Origin: Oscillospiraceae bacterium | GTDB lineage: Bacteria; Bacillota; Clostridia; Oscillospirales; WRJC01 | Length of the DNA stretch: 64,000 nt | NCBI GenBank assembly: GCA_009777355.1 | Contig: WRMA01000001.1 | Span: 28,505 to 92,504 of the forward strand | Reading direction: 5' to 3' | Shown here: piece after piece, positions 56,893-64,000 of the stretch | How positions within the stretch are numbered: the first letter of the stretch is position 1 | How the letters are laid out: every line of letters begins with the position of its first letter | Program-made: the position numbers and the translations under genes | Notes under the pieces: generated by a model | Database searches by the model: none | What the model was told of the DNA's origin: nothing | What the model saw: only the letters and a program-made list of their open reading frames with translations

Positions 56893-57993
56893 ATGAAATT
56901 CACAAAAAATCCGTTCTCAAAAACAATCCCCGACGAGAGCTTTGAACTGTCGATGAGAAGATACGAAGCGTTTTTTAACGGCGAAGTATACGACAGACCT
57001 CCCGTAAGCGTTACTTTCTGGAAAGGGAATAAAGACGCGGTAAAACCCGAGGACAAAACTTACGCCTCTCATCGCGAACGCTGGCTCGACGTTGAACACA
57101 GAGCTAAACAGGCGGACTATCACTTTGCCTGCGCTGAATTTTACGCGGACGCTATGCCCGCTTATTTCCCGAATCTCGGTCCGGAAATATTTTCGGCGAT
57201 ATGCGGCTGCAAATATCATTTTATGCCCGAAACGACATGGACAGAGCCGAATATTATTAACTGGGAAAAAGATATTGACAAAGCCGTAGTGAACCGTTCA
57301 AGCGAATATTTTATCGCTCTTGATAAATTTATAAGAGAGCTTTTGAAATATTCAAAAGATAAATTCGCGGTCGGCTTTACGGATTTACACGCGGGAGGCG
57401 ACCATCTCGCGGCTCTGCGCGACCCCGAGATTTTATGCCTCGATTTATACGACAACCCCGAATTTGTAAAGTCTAAAATAAAATCTTCATACGAAGAGTA
57501 TTTTAAACTATACGAATATTTCTATAATTTAACGACTCTCGAAGGCGAGCCTACGACCTCGTGGATAGGTCTCGTCGTAAACGGCAGATATAACGTAGTG
57601 CAGAACGATTTTTCGTGCATGATAAGCAAAAAGATGTTCGACGAGTTTTTTCTCGAAGGCTTAATTACAGAGTGCGAAAAACTCGACAGGAGCATATATC
57701 ATCTGGACGGACCGGACGCGGTAAAGCATCTCGACTCTCTTCTTGAAATAAAAAAGTTAAACGCGGTCCAGTGGGTATGCGGCGCGGGCAACGAAGGTTT
57801 TATGCGCTGGCTCGACGTTTATAAGAGAATACAGAAGGCTAAAAAAGGCGTACATCTGCATATTAACCTTAATGAACTTGACGACGTTTTCGCCAATTTA
57901 AAGCCCGACGGCATATGGTTCTCTCACATAGACGGCATAAGAGACAGGGAAACGGCGGCAAAAGTCATAGAGAGAATAAAAAACTGGAAATAA
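56893..57993 (+). CDS. Hypothetical 366-aa protein, possibly uroporphyrinogen-decarboxylase-like fold
   Basis: Good ORF and RBS. The family assignment is a weak recollection only. Confidence 0.5.
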   Translation: MKFTKNPFSKTIPDESFELSMRRYEAFFNGEVYDRPPVSVTFWKGNKDAVKPEDKTYASHRERWLDVEHRAKQADYHFACAEFYADAMPAYFPNLGPEIFSAICGCKYHFMPETTWTEPNIINWEKDIDKAVVNRSSEYFIALDKFIRELLKYSKDKFAVGFTDLHAGGDHLAALRDPEILCLDLYDNPEFVKSKIKSSYEEYFKLYEYFYNLTTLEGEPTTSWIGLVVNGRYNVVQNDFSCMISKKMFDEFFLEGLITECEKLDRSIYHLDGPDAVKHLDSLLEIKKLNAVQWVCGAGNEGFMRWLDVYKRIQKAKKGVHLHINLNELDDVFANLKPDGIWFSHIDGIRDRETAAKVIERIKNWK

Positions 57994-58003
57994 AAAATAT
58001 ATC

Positions 58004-58032
58004 TTGACAACGTATAGCAATTAATATATAAT
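58004..58032 (+). promoter_or_regulatory. Consensus promoter TTGACA-N17-TATAAT for the dinJ-yoeB pair
   Basis: Hexamers read directly. Confidence 0.6.
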
Positions 58033-58056
58033 AGCTGTACAAAAGGAGGTGAAACA

Positions 58057-58332
58057 ATGGCGCAGATAAATATAAGAATAGACGACGACTTAAAAAACAA
58101 CGCGGAAACTTTGTTTGCCGATTTGGGACTTAATATAACGACGGCGATAAATATGTTCATACGTCAGGCAGTCCGTCAGAGAGGCATACCGTTTGAAGTA
58201 ACAAAAAATGCCGACCCGTTCTGGAACGACGCAAATCAGGCTCATCTGAGAAAAGTTATAGCGGAATTTGAATCCGGCAAAGGAAAGTTTATAGAAAAAA
58301 CAATAGAAGAGTTAGAGGCGATGGAAGAATGA
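58057..58332 (+). CDS. RelB/DinJ-family antitoxin
   Basis: MAQINIRIDDDLKNNAETLFADLGLNITTAINMFIRQ. 4-nt overlap with the toxin gene. Confidence 0.8.
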   Translation: MAQINIRIDDDLKNNAETLFADLGLNITTAINMFIRQAVRQRGIPFEVTKNADPFWNDANQAHLRKVIAEFESGKGKFIEKTIEELEAMEE

Positions 58333-58598
58333 GAAAAATATTGCAATTTATGTCGCAAGGCTGGGAAGATTATTTATATTGGCAGACTCAGGATAAAAAG
58401 ATTCTCAAACGAGTCAATAAATTAATACGGGATATTGAACGGAACGGATATGAGGGTATTGGAAAACCGGAACCGTTAAAACACGGTTTATCGGGATACT
58501 GGAGCCGCGAAATAGACGAAACAAACAGAATAGTATATAAAATTACGGACGATGAAATTGTTATTTTTTCCTGTCGTACTCACTACGGAGATAAATAA
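58329..58598 (+). CDS. yoeB: Txe/YoeB-family mRNA interferase toxin
   Basis: WEDYLYWQ..DKK...RVN.LI.DI.R...EGIGKPEPLK..LSGYWSR.ID..NR.VY. Confidence 0.85.
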   Translation: MRKILQFMSQGWEDYLYWQTQDKKILKRVNKLIRDIERNGYEGIGKPEPLKHGLSGYWSREIDETNRIVYKITDDEIVIFSCRTHYGDK

Positions 58599-58621
58599 AA
58601 AATATATCGAAAAAACCCATA

Positions 58622-58645
58622 GGGGCGGGATTATTTTCCCGCCCC
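58622..58645. terminator. GC-rich hairpin GGGGCGGGA-N6-TCCCGCCCC after yoeB
   Basis: 9-bp stem. Confidence 0.55.
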
Positions 58646-58772
58646 CTGAATTTTACGCCGCATAGCGCGCCGGATTTATACAACTGTTATAAAACCGTTG
58701 TTATATAACGAGCGAGCAATATTTGATATTATTGAAGTGTTGCATAACGGTTATATAACAGAGGTGGTATTT

Positions 58773-58958
58773 TTGCCGACAAATAAAGCTCCGTTTGGCT
58801 TTAATCTGGAATACGAATATTTACTGAAAATAAAATTTATCGCGAAAAGAGAAACGAGAAGTTTAAGCAATCTTCTCGAACATCTTTGCAAACTGCATAT
58901 CGAGCAGTACGAAGAAAAATACGGAGAAATAGATATTTCGAAGGAAATAAAGAAATGA
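58773..58958 (+). CDS. Small ribbon-helix-helix-like protein (61 aa, TTG start) translationally coupled to comEC
   Basis: RBS AGAGGTGG. Its stop overlaps the comEC ATG (ATGA). Confidence 0.45.
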   Translation: MPTNKAPFGFNLEYEYLLKIKFIAKRETRSLSNLLEHLCKLHIEQYEEKYGEIDISKEIKK

Positions 58959-61444
58959 TTTTTGCGGAACGTCGTCTCGCGGCGGCATTAAGCGTATTTA
59001 TGCTGACCGTGTTTTTTCTGCGCGTTCTTGAATATAAATTTATAACGGCTGCGGTTATAATCTCGGCTGTTTTGACCGCCGCGTTTATCGCCCTGCGTTT
59101 TTCTGTAAAAAATTTAAAAAGCTTTTGCGCTTTGGCTGTAATTTTTAATTTATCTATGTTCGCCGCTCTGCTTTTCTGTTTTGTTCACTATAATATATAT
59201 CAGAAACCCGTCTTGAATTATGCCGAAAAATACGGGGATAATCCGGTTTATATAAAAGCGGAAATAAAAAACGCCTCAAGTCTTGCTTTTATGTCGTCGT
59301 TTGATTTGAAAGTCCTTGAAATAAACGGTGAAAAAGTAAGAAAATTTAATCTTTTGCTCGATATATACGGCGAAGTCGGCGCGGATTACGACGAAATAGA
59401 TTATATACTTGAAACTTATATTATATTCAAAAGTTTACTGGACGACGTTCCGTCATCTTCAAGCGGGTCTTACTATAAATCCGGAGGGTATTATATATCC
59501 GCCGAACACGCCGATATTACCAATATTTCAAATGCGGACGAAGAAGACGAAGAAGACGAAGAAAATCAAACTGGAGACAGGCTTGAATCTCCCGCGTATA
59601 AAATCACTCCGCCGAAATCGAGAAGCCTGAATTATTACCTCGAATTAACAAGAAGGCGCGCCGGAAATATATTTTTCAGGAGCGTAAAAATAAAGCCGGG
59701 AGACTACGGAACGACTGAATCGGCCGTCGTTTACGGCATATTCACAGGGAATAAAAATTATATACCCCAAAATATAATAAACGATTTCAGAAAATCCGGA
59801 ATCGCTCATATACTCGCGGTCTCGGGTATGCATCTCGCGATATTATGCGGGATTATATTCGAGCTTTTAAATTATATTAAAACGCATAAAAAAATAATAT
59901 GCATGATTATAATTTTATTCTGCCTGATTTTTATGGCGTTCACGGGTTTTTCGGTTTCCGTAATCAGAGCGGGAATCATGACGGTTTTATTTTATTCGGC
60001 TTTTCTTCTGGGCAGAAAAAGCGACCCTCTCACTTCTCTGCTTATCGCCGGAGTATTTATAGTTTTATTAAATCCCAATAATATTTTAAATACGGGATTC
60101 CAGCTCTCGTTCAGCGCGACTCTGGGGATTATACTGATAGTTAATAACGGTAACGTGAAAATCCCCAGAATCGCATACGACCGGAACAGACGCTTGTTTT
60201 TCAGAATATTTATTAAAATTTTAAACGGCGTAATTTCTGTTCTGGCAGTTACGGTCGCGGCGACCCTGTTTACCCTGCCGTTCGCCGCGTATAATTTTAA
60301 AGCCCTGAGTCTCGTTTCCCCGATTGCGAATATAATAGCCGCGCCGCTTGTTACCGCGATATTATTTTTGTCTCTGTGTATTATGATATTTTCGTTGATT
60401 ATGCCGTTTGCGGCCGGAGTTTTCGCCGCGCCCGCTTATTTTATCACAAAAATACTGCTGTCGCCGGCAAATTATCTGGCCTCGCTTAAATATTCTTATA
60501 TCTCTGTCGAAAGTACGAATTTTACGGGGTTTTATTATTTCGCGGCGGCTTTAATCGTCATGATAATATTCTGCTTTTTATTTAAAAGGCGGCTATTATA
60601 TTTTCTAACCGTAATTATTTTAATTATAACGTCCGGAACGCTGATATATCCGAGAATTATATTCAAAGACAGCGTCCGCTTCGCTTATTATTCGGATTAC
60701 AGAAACCAGAATATAATAATATTTAACAAAGATTATGATTCTGCCGATATAATAGATATAACCCACGGAAATCTCGCGCATATAAGACCCGTTTATAATA
60801 TTATTTCCCGAAACGGCGCTATGCGTATAAATTCTCTGATACTAACGGATTACAGAAAAAGGCACGTCCAGATGATAAGGAGATACTTTAACTATTCGGA
60901 GATAAAAAAAGTTTACGTTCCCGCGCCGTTAAACGATTATGATTTTGAAGTGTTAAATATGATTTATAATCTGACAGTTACGGGTTCTTTAAATTTTGAG
61001 CTTATAAACTACGGAAATTTATTAAAATCGGATAATATTTTAATAAATATTAAAAATTTCGAATATAATAAAATGGCGCATACTTTAGTTGAAATAGACA
61101 TAGATACGGAAAATACGGTAAGAAAATTATTATATCTGGGAATAGGCTACAAAGAAGGCTATGAAATATATACCGATACGGCAAATAATAATTACGATAT
61201 TGTTTTTTACGGCTCTCACAAGCATAATTTAAGAGACGACGACTATATAACGGATACCGCCGGTTCTTATGCGGGCGTGTTGTCGGAATATCTTGACAAT
61301 AATAAAAATATAACGTCGCAGAAGCTCGAAAAAAACGCGGTCGTAACTTACCTTTCGGATTCGGTTCTGTTTTTGGGAGGGGAATCGGGCTCGCCCGTTT
61401 TCGAGGCAAAAAAAACCGGGGTTATGAAATATTATCTGAAATAA
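58955..61444 (+). CDS. comEC: ComEC/Rec2 DNA internalisation-related competence protein
   Basis: Start reassigned to MIFAERRL. Competence domain SGIAHILAVSGMHLAIL. The C-terminal lactamase-like region appears degenerate. Confidence 0.85.
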   Translation: MIFAERRLAAALSVFMLTVFFLRVLEYKFITAAVIISAVLTAAFIALRFSVKNLKSFCALAVIFNLSMFAALLFCFVHYNIYQKPVLNYAEKYGDNPVYIKAEIKNASSLAFMSSFDLKVLEINGEKVRKFNLLLDIYGEVGADYDEIDYILETYIIFKSLLDDVPSSSSGSYYKSGGYYISAEHADITNISNADEEDEEDEENQTGDRLESPAYKITPPKSRSLNYYLELTRRRAGNIFFRSVKIKPGDYGTTESAVVYGIFTGNKNYIPQNIINDFRKSGIAHILAVSGMHLAILCGIIFELLNYIKTHKKIICMIIILFCLIFMAFTGFSVSVIRAGIMTVLFYSAFLLGRKSDPLTSLLIAGVFIVLLNPNNILNTGFQLSFSATLGIILIVNNGNVKIPRIAYDRNRRLFFRIFIKILNGVISVLAVTVAATLFTLPFAAYNFKALSLVSPIANIIAAPLVTAILFLSLCIMIFSLIMPFAAGVFAAPAYFITKILLSPANYLASLKYSYISVESTNFTGFYYFAAALIVMIIFCFLFKRRLLYFLTVIILIITSGTLIYPRIIFKDSVRFAYYSDYRNQNIIIFNKDYDSADIIDITHGNLAHIRPVYNIISRNGAMRINSLILTDYRKRHVQMIRRYFNYSEIKKVYVPAPLNDYDFEVLNMIYNLTVTGSLNFELINYGNLLKSDNILINIKNFEYNKMAHTLVEIDIDTENTVRKLLYLGIGYKEGYEIYTDTANNNYDIVFYGSHKHNLRDDDYITDTAGSYAGVLSEYLDNNKNITSQKLEKNAVVTYLSDSVLFLGGESGSPVFEAKKTGVMKYYLK

Positions 61445-61476
61445 TAATATTTTTTTAAAATAATTTCAAATTGCTA

Positions 61477-61505
61477 TTGACAATAAAAAATTATTGTGTT
61501 ATAAT
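61477..61505 (+). promoter_or_regulatory. Consensus promoter TTGACA-N17-TATAAT for the T-box leader
   Basis: Hexamers read directly. Confidence 0.6.
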
Positions 61506-61511
61506 TACTTT

Positions 61512-61960
61512 TGTGAAAATTTAATAACGCCGTTAAATCGTTGATTAAGAGTAGTAAAAACGTAGGAAGACGTTCACAGAGAGCCGTCGCGAGGTGAAAG
61601 CCGGCAGCGTCGCGCGTTTTGAATGGGCTTATGAGAGCGGAGCGAACAGAATAATTAATAATTATTAATTATTTTAAGTAGTAGCCGACGGGAGCCGACC
61701 GTTATATCGGTAAGCATATAATAACCGGATTGTTTTTGATGTATAAATCCGGCGCGAGTATGCGTTAAGCAGGGTTTGGGCATGATTTTGCGTTTTAGTC
61801 TATAATTCGCGGACCGCGCCGCAGACCAATGTGGGTGGTACCGCAGAGATTTTTATTTTTTATATTTTAAAAATAATTAACCTTTGTCCCATTTGTTTAT
61901 TGTTTATAATAGACATGGGCTGAGGTATTTTTTATTTAATAATTTTTATTTAATTTCAAG
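61512..61960 (+). promoter_or_regulatory. T-box leader, probable Trp specifier (UGG at 61624-61626)
   Basis: Stem I elements (AGAGAG, GGUGAAAG), a specifier-loop GAAUGGG, and the T-box AAUGUGGGUGGUACCGCAG at 61828-61846. Confidence 0.8.
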
Positions 61961-61972
61961 GAGGAAAAAAAC

Positions 61973-63352
61973 ATGAAAAATATCCCGCGCAAAATATATC
62001 TTCAGGAGAACGAAATCCCGAAAGTATGGTATAATATAGTTCCCGATATGCCGGAAAAACAAGCGCCGTTTATTCATCCCGGCAAACTCAAACCCGTAGA
62101 ACTCGAGGATTTGCTTCCCGTTTTCTGCGAAGAACTCGCAAAGCAGGAGCTCGACGAAACCACGAGATATTTCGAGATACCGGAAGAAGTGAGGGAATAC
62201 TACAAGACGTTCAGGCCTTCGCCTCTCGTAAGGGCGTATAATCTCGAGAAAGAACTTAAAACCCCCGCTAAAATATATTATAAATTCGAGGGTAACAACA
62301 CCTCGGGCAGCCATAAGTTAAATTCGGCCGCCGCTCAGGTTTATTACTGCAAGAAACAGGGACTCACAAAACTCACGACCGAAACCGGAGCGGGTCAGTG
62401 GGGAACCGCCCTCGCTATGGCGTGCGCGTATTTCGAAATGGATTTGACCGTTTATATGGTTAAAGTATCGTTTGAACAGAAACCGTTCAGAAAAGCCGTT
62501 ATCCAGACTTACGGCGCGAATGTAATAGCGAGCCCGTCCGACACGACGGATATAGGCAAAAAAATACTCGCGCAGAATCCCGGCACCGGGGGAAGCCTCG
62601 GCTGCGCGATTTCAGAAGCGATTGAAGCCGCGGTCAAGACAGACAACTGCCGCTACGTTCTCGGCTCGGTTTTGAATCACGTCCTTCTGCACCAGTCGGT
62701 AATCGGACTCGAAACGAAAGCGGCTTTCGAAAAAATAGACGAGTATCCCGATATAATTATCGGCTGCACAGGCGGCGGTTCAAATTCCGGCGGACTTATG
62801 ACCCCGTTCATAAAAGACAAGCTCGACAAAAAACAGTCGCCGTATTTTATACTCGCGGAACCCGTGTCGTGCCCGTCGTTCACGAGGGGAAAATTCACGT
62901 ACGATTTCTGCGATACCGGAAATATAACCCCTCTCGCGAAAATGTATACGGTAGGCAACGGATATATCCCGTCGGCAAATCATGCCGGAGGACTTCGTTT
63001 CCACGGAATGTCGCCGATTATGTCGAAGCTCTATCACGATAAAATCATCGACGAGGCGAGAGCCGAGGAACAGACCAGCGTTTTTGAAGCGGCGACGCTT
63101 TTCGCGAAATGCGAAACCATACTTCCCGCGCCCGAATCTTCCCACGCAATCAGGGTAGCGATAGACGAGGCTCTGAAATGCAGGGAAACCGGAGAGGCGA
63201 AAACGATATTGTTCGGACTTTCCGGAACGGGATACTTCGACATGAACGCTTACGAGCAGTTCATGGACAAAACGATGACGGACCATATTCCGACGGACGA
63301 GGAACTCGAAGCGGGATTCGCGTCTATCCCGAAATTCCCGGGAATAGAATAA
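61973..63352 (+). CDS. TrpB2-type tryptophan synthase beta-subunit-like PLP enzyme
   Basis: 459 aa. A long N-terminal extension (IPKVWYNIVPD), GSHKLN (PLP Lys) and GGGSN. Confidence 0.9.
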   Translation: MKNIPRKIYLQENEIPKVWYNIVPDMPEKQAPFIHPGKLKPVELEDLLPVFCEELAKQELDETTRYFEIPEEVREYYKTFRPSPLVRAYNLEKELKTPAKIYYKFEGNNTSGSHKLNSAAAQVYYCKKQGLTKLTTETGAGQWGTALAMACAYFEMDLTVYMVKVSFEQKPFRKAVIQTYGANVIASPSDTTDIGKKILAQNPGTGGSLGCAISEAIEAAVKTDNCRYVLGSVLNHVLLHQSVIGLETKAAFEKIDEYPDIIIGCTGGGSNSGGLMTPFIKDKLDKKQSPYFILAEPVSCPSFTRGKFTYDFCDTGNITPLAKMYTVGNGYIPSANHAGGLRFHGMSPIMSKLYHDKIIDEARAEEQTSVFEAATLFAKCETILPAPESSHAIRVAIDEALKCRETGEAKTILFGLSGTGYFDMNAYEQFMDKTMTDHIPTDEELEAGFASIPKFPGIE

Positions 63353-63377
63353 ATAATATTAAAATATCAAAGCAAAG

Positions 63378-63404
63378 GGGCGGGGTTTTATTATAATCCC
63401 GCCC
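63378..63404. terminator. Hairpin GGGCGGG-N13-CCCGCCC after trpB2
   Basis: 7-bp GC stem. Confidence 0.5.
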
Positions 63405-63453
63405 TTGATTATATTAGCCCTTTTGCGAAATCACGTTACAATCACGTTATTAT

Positions 63454-63532
63454 GTAGGGGCGGCCATTGGCCGTCCGTCTGAAAAACGTCAAAACTGCGT
63501 TGATTTTGCGGACGCGCAATGCGCGCCCCTAC
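63454..63532. repeat. GTAGGG-type element: GTAGGGGCGGCCATTGGCCGTCCG ... CGGACGCGCAATGCGCGCCCCTAC
   Basis: The termini GTAGGGG/CCCCTAC and CCG/CGG are conserved, while the internal hairpins differ. Confidence 0.75.
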
Positions 63533-63573
63533 AATCAGGATTTTAATTTCGCAAGAAGTCTATTGTAATATTA

Positions 63574-64000
63574 TCAGGTCATGGCTTTGTTGCGGAGTCT
63601 TAAATTATCCGCGACCATCGCGATAAATTCGGAGTTTGTCGGTTTCCCTCTCGAACTCTGTATAGTATACCCGAATATTTCGGTAATCGTGTCGTAATCC
63701 CCCCTGTCCCAGGCTACTTCGATGGCGTGCCTTATCGCTCTCTCAACCCTTGAAGAAGTCGTCGAAAACGTCTTGCCTATCGAAGGGTAAAGCCGCTTCG
63801 TGACCGAGTTTATTATGGCCGCGTCCTGCATAACGAGAAGAATCGCGGTTCTCAAATACTGATAGCCTTTTATATGCGCGGGAACCCCGATTTGATGTAT
63901 CATTTTCGTCACCTGGGTTTCAATATCGGGAGAATTGCGCATACCCTGCTCGTTCATCGCCGAAACGCTCTCCCCCCGAGGGAAGAAAGATTTGTCCCCG
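63574..64000 (-). CDS. spo0A: Sporulation master regulator Spo0A, C-terminal DNA-binding domain (5' part outside the window)
   Basis: [20 protein letters not shown]...[15 protein letters not shown]. The frame remains open to the window edge. Confidence 0.85.
   Translation of the reverse strand, partial: GDKSFFPRGESVSAMNEQGMRNSPDIETQVTKMIHQIGVPAHIKGYQYLRTAILLVMQDAAIINSVTKRLYPSIGKTFSTTSSRVERAIRHAIEVAWDRGDYDTITEIFGYTIQSSRGKPTNSEFIAMVADNLRLRNKAMT

Noticed and set aside
1-64000. A search for CRISPR arrays, rRNA genes, transposases, integrases or recombinases, prophage structural genes, and known multi-gene defence systems.
   Set aside because: - There are no regularly spaced direct repeats. The palindromic repeats are isolated and irregular.
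- No ORF translation resembles transposase, integrase, Cas, restriction-modification or phage structural proteins.
- The only toxin-antitoxin-type modules are those listed.

Overview
This 64-kb chromosomal window comes from a spore-forming, Clostridia-like Firmicute. Supporting signs are a spo0A C-terminal domain, a SpoIID/LytB-type gene, T-box and TPP leaders, and many near-consensus TTGACA-N17-TATAAT promoters.

Most of the content is housekeeping:
- pstC(partial)-pstA-pstB-phoU plus a PhoP/PhoR-like two-component pair
- GH51 arabinofuranosidase
- an 821-aa GLUG-repeat secreted protein
- thiT behind a TPP riboswitch
- a YtqA/YtqB-type radical-SAM/methyltransferase fusion
- glgB, a split chromate-transporter pair, and glmM
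- ruvB-ruvA-(insert)-ruvC
- a TetR regulator plus an ABC exporter
- iscU and nadB-nadC
- a fused E1 2-oxoacid dehydrogenase, unlinked from its E2/E3 genes
- an IMPDH-like/Prs-like pair and tRNA-Phe
- tagO-like, trpS, an aminotransferase, trxA, yyaL-like and galU
- comEC, a Trp T-box in front of trpB2, and partial spo0A

Recognisable accessory modules are vapBC, a DinJ-YoeB pair, a DUF4160 pair and a Uma2-like gene. I found no CRISPR array, transposase, integrase or rRNA.

The most interesting signal is a three-member family of compact loci. Each has a small hydrophobic or basic ORF with a structured 5' leader, and a convergent consensus promoter predicted to drive a ~120-155 nt antisense RNA that shares a bidirectional terminator with the ORF. 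This is a type I toxin-antitoxin-like architecture. Two members are ~400-bp inverted copies bracketing a 2.5-kb two-gene segment (10.9-14.2 kb). A diverged third member sits at 17.7-18.0 kb.

Other points worth a second look:
- an insertion between ruvC and ruvA carrying a start-less nuclease-like ORF and another promoter/terminator-bounded antisense RNA
- a probable ATT start for the radical-SAM fusion gene
- two families of extragenic palindromes

All calls come from reading the sequence and the ORF translations. No database search was run.
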